From an uncultured Gammaproteobacteria bacterium (GTDB lineage: Bacteria > Pseudomonadota > Gammaproteobacteria > SZUA-140), in the NCBI GenBank assembly GCA_945787155.1, contig CALZHD010000012.1:14402-78401 (forward strand): DNA of 64,000 nt, written 5' to 3'. This document shows, piece by piece, positions 37,739 to 47,986 of the stretch; the first letter of the stretch is position 1; every line of letters begins with the position of its first letter. The notes beneath the pieces are model-generated. The model ran no database searches. It saw only the letters and a list, made by a program, of their open reading frames with translations, and was not told the origin of the DNA. The translations under genes were made by a program, and so were the position numbers.

Positions 37739-39110
37739 TCAAAAGCGAAGGCACACGCTCACGGCCGATCAGGAACAGTGTCTTATCAATCGATGGTGAA
37801 ACGGTACCACCGGTGACGGCCACACGCAGCGGCTGCGCTAGTTTTCCGAGCTTCAGCTCCTGCGCTTCTGCAGTCGTCTTAACTGTCTCGTGAGTACTTT
37901 CTGGTGTCCACTCATCGAGGGCCGCAAGATTATCCCGTAACGCACTCAATCCCGCCCGAATCGCTGGCTTAAGCTGCTTGGCAACGGCCTTCTCATCATA
38001 GATCTCGATATCTTTGTAGAAATAAATGCTCGCTTCGGCCATCTCGACCAGGGTCTTGCAGCGCTCCTGCTGCACCTTGACCAACTCAATCAGGTCCGGT
38101 CCCTTCGTTGGATCGATATCAAGGTTACCGAGGTGCCAGCTGAGGTGATGTGCGATATGCTCCGGTGGGCTCTCTTTAATATAGTGCTGATTGAGCCACA
38201 GCAGCTTGCCAGTGTTAAAGGCAGAGGCGGAGCTGTTGATATCTTCGACATCAAACAGATTAATCATCTCATCAACACTAAAGATCTCCTGATCACCATG
38301 CGACCAACCCAGTCGCACCAGATAGTTGAGCAGCGCCTCCGGCAGGTAACCCTCTTCACGATACTGCATCACGCTGACCGCCCCGTGACGCTTGGAGAGA
38401 CGTTTACCATCATCACCGAGAATCATCGGCACATGGGCATAGATCGGTGCAAAGCCACCGAGTGCCTCAAGAATATTGAGCTGACGTGGGGTATTGTTGA
38501 GATGGTCATCACCACGAATCACGTGCGACATTTGCATATCAAGATCATCAACAACAACGGTTAAGTTATAGGTCGGACTACCATCAGAACGCGCGATGAT
38601 GAGATCATCCAGCTCACTGTTATTAAATACCACACGGCCACGCACCAGATCTTTTACCGTCACTGACCCTTCAGTCGGATTACGAAAACGCACTACCGGA
38701 CTACCACCCTCAGCAGGCGGTGCTGTCAGGTCTCGACAACAACCGTCATAACGTGGCTTCTGCTTGTTAGCCATCTGGTCGGCACGCAGCGTCTCCAGTC
38801 GCTCTTTAGAGCAGTAGCAGTAATAGGCCTTATTTTCATCAAGCAACTTATGGATCACCTCCTGGTAGCGATCCATCCGTTCGGTCTGACGGAAAGGGCC
38901 TTCATCATATTCAAGCCCCAACCAGGTCATTCCCTCAAGAATAGCGTTAACTGATTCCGCCGTGGAACGTTCAAGATCAGTATCTTCGATACGCAGAACA
39001 AAGCGTCCGCCATGCTTGCGTGCATACAACCAGGAATAGAGTGCGGTGCGGGCCCCACCGACATGCAAGTAACCTGTCGGGCTGGGGGCAAAACGTGTAC
39101 GTGTAGTCAT
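37671..39110 (-). CDS. gltX: Glutamate--tRNA ligase; 3' end aberrant, frame runs into tRNA-Ala
   Basis: [46 protein letters not shown]. Start at ATG 39110. Confidence 0.95.
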   Translation of the reverse strand: MTTRTRFAPSPTGYLHVGGARTALYSWLYARKHGGRFVLRIEDTDLERSTAESVNAILEGMTWLGLEYDEGPFRQTERMDRYQEVIHKLLDENKAYYCYCSKERLETLRADQMANKQKPRYDGCCRDLTAPPAEGGSPVVRFRNPTEGSVTVKDLVRGRVVFNNSELDDLIIARSDGSPTYNLTVVVDDLDMQMSHVIRGDDHLNNTPRQLNILEALGGFAPIYAHVPMILGDDGKRLSKRHGAVSVMQYREEGYLPEALLNYLVRLGWSHGDQEIFSVDEMINLFDVEDINSSASAFNTGKLLWLNQHYIKESPPEHIAHHLSWHLGNLDIDPTKGPDLIELVKVQQERCKTLVEMAEASIYFYKDIEIYDEKAVAKQLKPAIRAGLSALRDNLAALDEWTPESTHETVKTTAEAQELKLGKLAQPLRVAVTGGTVSPSIDKTLFLIGRERVPSLLRGYSSAGRALHWQCRGRRFDPA

Positions 39111-39592
39111 AATCTCCGAAATATCATCAAACCAGAGGGGATATTCTAACAGTTTGGTAAAAAAAAACAGTCTCATTTAACGCTTGTTGCCCTTCAATCC
39201 CAGAGGCATTTTATAAATCCCTTATATAATCAGGCAATTATTCTGACAAATGGCCCCCTTCCGCCAACATAGTAAGCAGCGAATTTACCTTCCCAACGGC
39301 ATAGACCAGCCAGACACAGCACTACTTTCACCCCCAATGCGATTCTATTGCCGCCGTAATACAGCGACAAACAGGCAAAGCTTTTTTAAAGAATCGCTTT
39401 CAGGAGCCGCTTTATTCTATAAGCGACTATGCGTCAAATTACCGCATTTTTGTTTGTAGATTAACTGACGATGAATATCAGAAGAGACCGAGAATATGGC
39501 ATATAAAACATATTATAATCAGCACCCTTTTGGTAAATTGCAATAGAGCGAACATCTGATCACAGACACTATCAGTCCGTAGCGATCAAATA

Positions 39593-40303
39593 ATGAAAGA
39601 CCTTCACATCTACTATCGTTTCCAGTCATCTGATGGTAAGGAGCAAACCTTTAACCTGATCCTGGACGCCCACACGCTAGCACAGACTGGCCCGGTGACG
39701 GAACCTCCCGCTGCCTGGACACAACTCGAATTCCACCAATGCCCAAACTGTCCATTAAAAGCCAGTGAACACCCATACTGTCCCGTCGCCCTTAATTTAC
39801 AAACGCTGGAAAATGGTTTCGCAGACATGTGGTCTTATGATGAACTAAGCATGGAGGTCACGATGCCTGAGCGTACTGTCTCTGGCTCCACCACAGCTCA
39901 GAAAGGCGCCTCTTCACTATTGGGCCTGATGATGGCGACCAGCGGCTGTCCTCACACCGTTCATTTTAAACCCATGGCCCGCTTCCATCTGCCGTTGGCA
40001 AGCGAGGAAGATACGATCTACCGTGCAAGCTCCATGTACCTGCTGGCCCAATACTATATGAACAAAGATGGACAGAAAGCAGGGCTAGACCTGAATGGCC
40101 TGCTTGAACTCTATCAACAGATGCGAATAATCAACAGTTCTTTGGCAGAACGACTGCGTACCACCAGTCAAAAGGACACGGCCATCAATGCAGTCATACT
40201 GCTGGATCTTCTCGCAAAGACCCTGCCTTACTGCATCGATGACAATATGTCCGAGATACGATACCTATTCGAGCCGTTTTTATCCCCTACGACATCGAAA
40301 TAA
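39593..40303 (+). CDS. Cys-rich conserved protein (DUF6901-like)
   Basis: WTQLEFHQCPNCPL...HPYCPVA, SLLGLMMATSGCPHT, FKPMARFHLPLAS. Confidence 0.65.
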   Translation: MKDLHIYYRFQSSDGKEQTFNLILDAHTLAQTGPVTEPPAAWTQLEFHQCPNCPLKASEHPYCPVALNLQTLENGFADMWSYDELSMEVTMPERTVSGSTTAQKGASSLLGLMMATSGCPHTVHFKPMARFHLPLASEEDTIYRASSMYLLAQYYMNKDGQKAGLDLNGLLELYQQMRIINSSLAERLRTTSQKDTAINAVILLDLLAKTLPYCIDDNMSEIRYLFEPFLSPTTSK

Positions 40304-40311
40304 CTGGATAA

Positions 40312-42567
40312 TCATACGATCACCTGCGGCCCAAGTACGCGCAATACCTCATCGACAGTGGTCTCTCCCTCGCCAATCTTAATCCTCGCATCCTCAACCA
40401 ATGAGGTAATACCCTCTTTTTCTGCAAGGCGCTTGATCTGCAAAATACTTGCACTGGAAGAGATTAGGTGACGCATATGTTCGCTAGGGATCAACAGTTC
40501 ATATAGTCCGACGCGGCCTGAATAACCACTCTCATTGCACTCAGAACACCCTTTTCCTTTAAAAAACTTCATCTCTGCTGACTGAAAACTGGACCCCAAG
40601 CGATGCAGTTTACCCGCTGGTGGCGTCACTGGTTCGCTGCAATGTTCACAAATCTTGCGCACCAGACGCTGTGCGATCACCGCCTCCAAGGCCGAGGCGA
40701 TCACATACGGCTTCAGCCCCAGATCAAACAGACGCGCAATTGAGGCCACAGCAGAATTAGTATGCAAGGTTGAATAGACCAGATGCCCTGTTAGCGCCGA
40801 ATGAAATGCAACCTCAGCTGTTTCAAAATCGCGTATCTCCCCAATCAGAATTACATCGGGATCCTGACGCAAGATGGCACGCAGCACTGCCGCAAAATCG
40901 AGTCCGATGCGCTCCTTGATCATCACCTGCCCCGCAATATCGAGGTAATACTCGACTGGATCCTCAATCGTGACATAGTTTTTTTCTGGACTGGCATTAG
41001 AGTTCAACATCGAATAGAGGGTAGTGGTCTTACCACTGCCAGTCGGCCCGGTTGTCAATATGATCCCTTGCGGCTTACTGGTGACATCCACAATCCTGGC
41101 GAGGCTTTGGGCTGAAAGACCCAACTGACCCAGTCCCTGCACAGAGGCGTTGCGATCCAACAGCCGCATAACAATCTTCTCACCATTTATTGTTGGCAGT
41201 GTGGAGATACGCAGATCGATTATACGCATCGGCGTTTTTACAGTGATGCGGCCATCCTGCGGACGCCGCCGCTCGGTGATATCCAGTTCAGCCATCACCT
41301 TGATACGCGCGACCAGCGACATGTGAAGATTATGCGGTACCTGAATTTTGTCCTGCAGTATCCCATCTATCCTGTAGCCCACCACGACATTTTTAGTCCG
41401 CGGATGAATATGGATATCGCTAGCCCCAAGCCGTACTGCCTCCAGCATGATTGAATTCACCAGGCGAATGGCCGGTGGTTCATCAGTCCCATGCAACAGC
41501 TCTTCAAGCGATATACTATCCTCATCCTCGATAACAATCTCGATCCCCTCATAGGGATCGTTTGTTGCCACAAAGGCCGTCAGATCCTCGAATGCAGCCT
41601 CGTCACCGCCATAGACTTCACTGATCTTTTTTCTGATGTCGGCAACATTGGCCATCACGGCCTCAATCTCAAGGCCCGCAGTAAACTTCAGGTCATCGAT
41701 CAAACCTGTATCCATCGGATCCGCCATCACCAGGGTCAGGCGGCGACCCTCCTGCCTGATCGGCAATACGCACTGACGGTTACACAGGGTGCGTGGTAGT
41801 AATGCAGCAATAGCAGGATCGACCTGAATCTCACTCAGTGCCACCTCTTCTATCATAAGCTCCTTACTCAGGATCTCGCGGATCTTTTTTTCACTTACCC
41901 AGTCATGCTCCAGTATCAACTTAAAAACAGGTTCCTTACGAACCTGCTGCTGTTTGTACAACTCCTGCACCTGCCGGTCATTGAGTAGATTTCGTTTGTT
42001 GAGCATGATCGCAAGCTGGCTGCGGTTAGTCACCGTCAGCTTCGCCAGCATGTCGATTTCGCGGCTCTTTACTTCATTATTTTTTTGCAGCAATTTATTT
42101 TTTTGCAGCAGATCATACTGCTCCAGCGCCAATGCAACGGTGATGCGCAGGTCATCATCGTTCCAAGGCTTCAGGATGAATTTATAGACAGCGCCATCCT
42201 GGATGGCCGCCATAACGGCGTTGGTATCTGCATGCCCAGTCAACATGACACGGATCATGTCTGGGTAAATCTGCCGCGCCTTACGTAACAGCTCGGCGCC
42301 ATTCATCCCTGGCATCATATAGTCAGAAATCATTAGCTGACACTGCTCCTGACCCAGTACCTCCAGCGCATCCGCACCATTTTCCGCAGTATGAATTTTA
42401 TAATTCTCGGCATGGAATACACGCCGCAAGGCCTTCAACACATTTGGCTCATCATCCACCAGAAGAATCTGGTATGGAAGCATAGCTTGATTATTACTTT
42501 CCTCTTCCCCCTCCGTCGCTGCTTGCTCTGTGGGGGCATCCGAGAAAAGCGATGCATATTGAGACAT
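40312..42567 (-). CDS. Receiver-domain-fused GspE/PilB-family secretion ATPase
   Basis: REC (ILLVDDE, ISDYMMPGM, FILKPW), then the PilB N-domain, GASDIHI, RRRPQDGR, GPTGSGKTTT, ILIGEIRD, HTN, CEHC...CSEC. Confidence 0.9.
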   Translation of the reverse strand: MSQYASLFSDAPTEQAATEGEEESNNQAMLPYQILLVDDEPNVLKALRRVFHAENYKIHTAENGADALEVLGQEQCQLMISDYMMPGMNGAELLRKARQIYPDMIRVMLTGHADTNAVMAAIQDGAVYKFILKPWNDDDLRITVALALEQYDLLQKNKLLQKNNEVKSREIDMLAKLTVTNRSQLAIMLNKRNLLNDRQVQELYKQQQVRKEPVFKLILEHDWVSEKKIREILSKELMIEEVALSEIQVDPAIAALLPRTLCNRQCVLPIRQEGRRLTLVMADPMDTGLIDDLKFTAGLEIEAVMANVADIRKKISEVYGGDEAAFEDLTAFVATNDPYEGIEIVIEDEDSISLEELLHGTDEPPAIRLVNSIMLEAVRLGASDIHIHPRTKNVVVGYRIDGILQDKIQVPHNLHMSLVARIKVMAELDITERRRPQDGRITVKTPMRIIDLRISTLPTINGEKIVMRLLDRNASVQGLGQLGLSAQSLARIVDVTSKPQGIILTTGPTGSGKTTTLYSMLNSNASPEKNYVTIEDPVEYYLDIAGQVMIKERIGLDFAAVLRAILRQDPDVILIGEIRDFETAEVAFHSALTGHLVYSTLHTNSAVASIARLFDLGLKPYVIASALEAVIAQRLVRKICEHCSEPVTPPAGKLHRLGSSFQSAEMKFFKGKGCSECNESGYSGRVGLYELLIPSEHMRHLISSSASILQIKRLAEKEGITSLVEDARIKIGEGETTVDEVLRVLGPQVIV

Positions 42568-42692
42568 ACTCTGCCACTCCGTATTGACCTTAGTACCCAG
42601 ATAACTGACTCAACGGCACCACCAAACATTACTTCAACAATATATCAGGGCTTAACAACACCCCGATCATCGTTACTGTTAAACTTGCTACG

Positions 42693-43949
42693 TCAGGACT
42701 GAACCTGGAGTGGCAACCAGAATGCTATCGTCGCCCCACTACCAGGAACGCTTTCGACTACGATATCGCCACCATAGGATTGCGCGATATCGCGACTCAC
42801 CGTCAATCCTAACCCTTTCCCTTCGCCAATCTCACGGGTCGTAAAAAAAGGCTCAAAAATTCGCTCTGAGATCGCTTCATCGACACCCGACCCACTATCA
42901 GTGATCGTTACACGCACAGAGTCCGCCGCCAGCAGACTACTTACCTGGATAGTGCCACTCTTACCACATGCCTGCCCTGCATTGCGCAGAATATTAAACA
43001 CCATCTGACTGATATTGCCCGGGTGACACTGCAACGACGGCAGATCTGCCAGCTCGAGGGTTACTGACACATCCAGGGCGATCTCCTTCTTGATCATCGT
43101 ACAGGCGTTCTTAATACAATTATTAATGTCGGCAAGTTCGTCTTCTGCCTGATCGACGCAGGAAAACCCTTTCAGGTCCTTAATAATGGTTGCGATCCGC
43201 TTAACACCATCAACACTCTCATTCAGCAAGTCGTGAAAATCCTCAACGAGAAGATCCATCTCCCCCCCCGTCCAGAGGCTCGCTATTTCGTCGCCCCCTT
43301 TTGTCTGCAACGCCTTTTGATAAAAAGCGACCAGGCTATCGAGATAGCGCCTTGAAGTGCTCAGATTGCTCCCAACAAACCCGATGGGATTATTGATCTC
43401 GTGTGCGACGCCTGCTGCCAACTGCCCCACCGACGCGTTCTTTTCTGCCTGATAGAGCGCATGCTGTGCCTTTTTAATCGTTGCCACCTGTGCATCAACC
43501 CGTTGTTCAAGCTCGCCTGCCAACTCCTTATAACGCCTCTCGGACGCCATTAACGCCGCATGTTTCTGTCGCAGTGCTTCATAATCAGACTGTACTATTT
43601 GCAGATGAATATCAGAGGCCATTAAATAACGCGCTGATCGTTGTAACAGTGTTTCCACCAGGCTGGCAGCCAGTTTGCCTCGCTCACCCACCCCCTCCGG
43701 CATCTCCAAATAGGCAACAGGCTCCAGCTCAAGTGTGATCACTTCACGCTGCAATGGGGCCGCTATCTCGCCACCAAACACAACATCGTCATCCACAGAA
43801 ACGAGCCGCGCTGGTGAGCCAAGCAGACCAATCAAGTTATCACCCAGCTTCTTGCTATCTATTCCCGATAACAACTCGTCAAGCCCCAACTCCCGATCAA
43901 AATCGGGCAGTGGCAAGACCTCACTATAATCTGTACTCATCGACGTCAT
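42693..43949 (-). CDS. Cytoplasmic sensor histidine kinase (NtrB-like)
   Basis: LAAGVAHEINNPIGF, NILRNA, DSGSG, EPFFTT, GLGL. No TM segment. Its ATG overlaps the mglA stop. Confidence 0.9.
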   Translation of the reverse strand: MTSMSTDYSEVLPLPDFDRELGLDELLSGIDSKKLGDNLIGLLGSPARLVSVDDDVVFGGEIAAPLQREVITLELEPVAYLEMPEGVGERGKLAASLVETLLQRSARYLMASDIHLQIVQSDYEALRQKHAALMASERRYKELAGELEQRVDAQVATIKKAQHALYQAEKNASVGQLAAGVAHEINNPIGFVGSNLSTSRRYLDSLVAFYQKALQTKGGDEIASLWTGGEMDLLVEDFHDLLNESVDGVKRIATIIKDLKGFSCVDQAEDELADINNCIKNACTMIKKEIALDVSVTLELADLPSLQCHPGNISQMVFNILRNAGQACGKSGTIQVSSLLAADSVRVTITDSGSGVDEAISERIFEPFFTTREIGEGKGLGLTVSRDIAQSYGGDIVVESVPGSGATIAFWLPLQVQS

Positions 43950-44620
43950 CCCAGCTCTGAATTCTGTTGCATCCCTTTACCTGTTATCCCATAGATAAAC
44001 TCATCACACTCAAGGCCATGCTTCTCCTTCAAGTCATATTGACGATCCATTCCGCTGTACACCTGGCATAACAACTCATGAAAGGTCTCCATAACGCCTT
44101 CCCTTTTCAGGGCGTTACTAAAGACCACCGGCCACGGGGTCTTGTCCCAGCGCGCCAACACCTCATCCTCTGCCTGAATCTCTGGTAGATCGCGTTTATT
44201 AAACTGCACCACCAGCGGCATGTGTTCAAAATCGAGTCCCACCCGCATCGTATTACCGGCAAGATTGTCAAACGATTCGGTGTTATTAATCGCTTGCGTA
44301 CGTTGCGAATCAGCGACAAACACCACGCCATCGGCGCGAGATAATACCGCCTTACGGGTACTGTCATGAGCCACCTGTCCCGGCACGGTGAACAACTTCA
44401 ATTTTATCATCATGCCAGAGGGAGTCTTCATACCCAGTGGAAGTAGATCAAAAAAAAGTGTGCGATCATTTTCGGTTTCGAGCACCATCATCTCACCCTT
44501 CATCTCCGGCTGTAGCAAATCATGCAGCGCCATCAAGTTGGTTGTCTTACCACTCAACGCAGGGCCATAGAACACCAGCTTTAGAGTAAGTTTATTTCGC
44601 TTCTCGTCGAACTCCGCCAT
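43946..44620 (-). CDS. mglA: MglA-family small Ras-like GTPase
   Basis: GPALSGKTTNL, ETENDRTLFFDLLP, FTVPGQ, ADGVVFVADSQ, QFNKRDLP. Confidence 0.9.
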   Translation of the reverse strand: MAEFDEKRNKLTLKLVFYGPALSGKTTNLMALHDLLQPEMKGEMMVLETENDRTLFFDLLPLGMKTPSGMMIKLKLFTVPGQVAHDSTRKAVLSRADGVVFVADSQRTQAINNTESFDNLAGNTMRVGLDFEHMPLVVQFNKRDLPEIQAEDEVLARWDKTPWPVVFSNALKREGVMETFHELLCQVYSGMDRQYDLKEKHGLECDEFIYGITGKGMQQNSELG

Positions 44621-44656
44621 AACAATACAATCACTCTTTTATTAGCCCACCACTCA

Positions 44657-45982
44657 TTACTCTTTCATCTCGATATAAAGACCTGTGCCACTTTCAGCAA
44701 TATTTGAAAGACGGCAAATTTTTTCGATCAGTGCAGAATCAAGCTGATGTCCTTTAGCCAATAACACCATACCATCCGCCGTCACCAGATCCTTTCCCAG
44801 CACCATGCCTGACTTCAGCTTGTCGGCATCCACATACCTGATAATTTTAGTACTCTTTTTCTTTTCAATTGTCAGGTATTTAACAAAGGCATCGACCACT
44901 CGCGGTGAATAACGCTTTCCCTGGTTTTTAATAATAAACTGTTCTGCCTGGGAAGCCGTCAGTTTATCCTCGAGCAACGCCCCCGTTTGCAGGGCGTCGT
45001 AATCATCTACAACGGAAAGAATACAAGCACCCAGAGGAATATCCTCCCCTTTCAAGCCGCTCGGGAATCCACTACCATCGTACCTCTCATACCGGGCACT
45101 AATGAGGCTGGCGGCCCCATGCAATAGATCCAGCGACATGAACAATCCCTCCCCCATCATCGCGTGGCTAACAATTATTTCACGCTCTTTCTTTGAGAGG
45201 CTATCAAAGGGTTTAGCGAGCAAGTCATCAGACAAACCTAACCGCCCAATGTCACTCAACAAACAAGCAAAAAGAATATCCTGAGCAGCCTTCTCCACCC
45301 CCATCGTCACGGACAGCTTGAACCCCATATCGGCAACCCGCCGCGCACGGCCAGGTTTTCGGCCACCCCGAAGTTCAATAATGCTTGAAAACATCTTAAT
45401 GGAATCTGAATAACTTTTTTTAAGCGACTCGTGAGTTCCTTCGAGCTGCTCCATAGTCTTGGACAATTCCTTTGTACGCTCCATTACCTTTTGTTCAAGC
45501 GTAGCATTAAGTGTTGTCAGCTCCTCATTCTGCTGCTGGGTTAACTTCGTCAATTGCCGCCGTTCTGCTTTCAACAATCTCTGTTCCAGCGCCCGTTGCA
45601 CATTGAATTTAAGATCACTATCTTCCCATGGTTTACTGATATAAGAATAAATATTACCTTTATTAATAGCAGCAATCGTCGATGCTATATCAGCATAGCC
45701 GGTTAACAGGATGCGCATTGTGTCAGGCCATTTCTGTGATGCCTGCGCAAAAAACTCGTCGCCACCCATCTCAGGCATTCGCATATCACAGATAATCAGA
45801 TCCACCTCCTCTCTTTCCATAATCGCAAGCCCTTCCATCGCTCTATTCGCTATCAGAATACGATAACCCAGCGGACGGAAAAGTCGACGTAATGCAGAGA
45901 GAATATTCTCTTCATCATCTATAAATAACAACGTGCCTGTTAATGGTTGTTGCTGTTCTTCAGACATAGATACTTCTTCCAT
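44657..45982 (-). CDS. Response regulator with degenerate HD-GYP domain
   Basis: REC (IICDMRMPEM), coiled coil, then LLSDIGR and RYERYDGSGFP in place of HD and HHE...GYP. Confidence 0.85.
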   Translation of the reverse strand: MEEVSMSEEQQQPLTGTLLFIDDEENILSALRRLFRPLGYRILIANRAMEGLAIMEREEVDLIICDMRMPEMGGDEFFAQASQKWPDTMRILLTGYADIASTIAAINKGNIYSYISKPWEDSDLKFNVQRALEQRLLKAERRQLTKLTQQQNEELTTLNATLEQKVMERTKELSKTMEQLEGTHESLKKSYSDSIKMFSSIIELRGGRKPGRARRVADMGFKLSVTMGVEKAAQDILFACLLSDIGRLGLSDDLLAKPFDSLSKKEREIIVSHAMMGEGLFMSLDLLHGAASLISARYERYDGSGFPSGLKGEDIPLGACILSVVDDYDALQTGALLEDKLTASQAEQFIIKNQGKRYSPRVVDAFVKYLTIEKKKSTKIIRYVDADKLKSGMVLGKDLVTADGMVLLAKGHQLDSALIEKICRLSNIAESGTGLYIEMKE

Positions 45983-46179
45983 ATAAACTTTCTAACCTAT
46001 TCCCAATTAAAATCACATGACCATCCGCTTATCTAACTTGCCACTCCTAGTTCCTCCTGGCTTGCGGTGAGCCATACGGTAAATGCGCTGCGTTTCCCAC
46101 CTTACTATTCAGCCCCTAACACTGTAATTCACATAACTGTCGCCAGGCTAATTCGATCCCTCTGGAGTACACTTCAGGC

Positions 46180-47019
46180 CTACTTTAACATGGCATCGAA
46201 CCCTGCCGCCGAACGCTCGATTTCACCCAGACAACCGGTGATCATCCGCATATCAATCCCCAGGCGCTCCATGGCATCATGATTGAGTCCAGGGATAACG
46301 TCATCACCTCCAGCACCTGTCTCCATACCCTTGCAAACGACATCTACAATTTGGATTAAATCGACCATAGATGAGGGCGACTTTAGATTACACACATGAT
46401 GATTGGCGATACTGTCAACAATGATTTGCGGCAACCGCCATCGCTCAGCAATCCTCGCCCCCACCAGACAGTGATCGAAACCGAGCACACGCTCCTCCGC
46501 CTCACACTTCAGGTAATCATTTTCATCGCAATACCGGATTACCTCAGCATATTCTTCACTAAAGCGAGAATCGAGCACCAGCTCTCCAATGTCATGTAAT
46601 ATCCCGACAGTAAAAGCAACCTCCTGATCCAGACCAACTTGCTTTGCCAATAGTCTCGCAGCAACACCAGCTGCTATTGAGTGGCCCCAGAATGCTTTAT
46701 GATTGAGGCGCCCACCTTCATCCCGGTCTAAATGCTGGATAATCCCAATAGCAATCACAATACTGCGAATCGTATTGACGCCAAGCACCAGACAGGCCTC
46801 CTTGATACCATGCACTTGTCCGGATAAACCATAGAATGATGAATTCGCAACCGCGAGGATACGGGCAGTCATGACTGGATCCTGGGCAATTTTCTGCTCC
46901 AGAATAAAAAAATCGACCGTCTTACAATCAAGATCACTAATAACATCAGTCACGACAACGGGCAGCGAGGGAATTTTGTTGAGCTCCCGTTCTATCTGTT
47001 CAAGATCGATCGTCACCAC
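46180..47019 (-). CDS. HDOD domain protein
   Basis: IPSLP, IAQDPVMTARILAVANSSFYG, LGVNTIR, FWGHS, LHDIG, RWRLP. Confidence 0.9.
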   Translation of the reverse strand: MVTIDLEQIERELNKIPSLPVVVTDVISDLDCKTVDFFILEQKIAQDPVMTARILAVANSSFYGLSGQVHGIKEACLVLGVNTIRSIVIAIGIIQHLDRDEGGRLNHKAFWGHSIAAGVAARLLAKQVGLDQEVAFTVGILHDIGELVLDSRFSEEYAEVIRYCDENDYLKCEAEERVLGFDHCLVGARIAERWRLPQIIVDSIANHHVCNLKSPSSMVDLIQIVDVVCKGMETGAGGDDVIPGLNHDAMERLGIDMRMITGCLGEIERSAAGFDAMLK

Positions 47020-47171
47020 AAATACTCCTTGCAGTAAATAATTACTCCTGGCATATAGCGCTGTATTTGCGGAGCTCCCGTAACAATCGGTCTGATACCA
47101 TGCTCACCACAGTCATCACTAACCAACTTCTCATCAGGCTGTACCGTATCAAATATAACGCCAGGCACCAT
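47013..47171 (-). CDS. 52-aa ORF overlapping both neighbours (absent from the ORF track)
   Basis: MVPGVIFDTVQPDEKLVSDDCGEHGIRPIVTGAPQIQRYMPGVIIYCKEYLW. TGATG overlap upstream; stop overlaps the HDOD GTG start. Confidence 0.4.
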   Translation of the reverse strand: MVPGVIFDTVQPDEKLVSDDCGEHGIRPIVTGAPQIQRYMPGVIIYCKEYLW

Positions 47172-47986
47172 CACAGTCCTTCCTCCCTGGCAATAAATGC
47201 AAGCACCGATCCTTTTGACATCGATGACTGCCCCATACGAGATAAAATCACCTTAATCTCACCAACGCCGTCCAGCTCCCCCTCCCAGTTTCTTACCTTT
47301 TCCTCATCCATCTCCATACGACAAAATTCATTCAACTGAGGCGGAAGAACCTCATCACCCAGCATACCGATCAAACCACCGCCCCTCGGACTCAATAACT
47401 CATGTGCTTTTTTATTGGCAATAGCGATAATGTTATCATCACCCATCCCGATAACGCCGACAGGCAGGATTTCCAGCACTTCTTGAGAAACCTGTAAGAG
47501 CTTAAAATTGAGCTTCGCATACTTTTCAAGATCTTCATTTGCCTGCGTCAGAGATTCATTCGAATCTCGTAACTCAGTCGCCAGACGTTCATTTTCACGC
47601 ACCAGTTCATAACTCTTGAAGGCCTCTGCAATGTTTTCTCGTAACAAGTTACCGTCCCACGGCTTTGTCAGAAATTTATAGATAGCCCCTCTGTTTATCG
47701 CGTCAGTAACCGATCCAAGTTCGGTATATCCACTCAGCATAATACGAACGGTTTCGGGATAAAGCTCTTTTACTTTACTGAGAAACTCGACACCGCTCAT
47801 CTCAGGCATACGCTGATCCGAGACAATGACACCAACACGGTTCTCTTGCAGAAGTTCTAACCCCTCTTTACCGCCGCCTGCGGTCAAAATTCGATACCCA
47901 TCCCTGCGACAGAGACGCTTCAACGCTCGAAGGACATTTTCTTCATCATCGACCAGCAGAAGAGTTCTTTCGTTGACAGCCATCAT
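47171..47986 (-). CDS. Response regulator with C-terminal PAS-like region
   Basis: LLLVDDEENV, IVSDQRMPEM, FLTKPW, coiled coil, LPVGVIG. Confidence 0.85.
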   Translation of the reverse strand: MMAVNERTLLLVDDEENVLRALKRLCRRDGYRILTAGGGKEGLELLQENRVGVIVSDQRMPEMSGVEFLSKVKELYPETVRIMLSGYTELGSVTDAINRGAIYKFLTKPWDGNLLRENIAEAFKSYELVRENERLATELRDSNESLTQANEDLEKYAKLNFKLLQVSQEVLEILPVGVIGMGDDNIIAIANKKAHELLSPRGGGLIGMLGDEVLPPQLNEFCRMEMDEEKVRNWEGELDGVGEIKVILSRMGQSSMSKGSVLAFIAREEGL

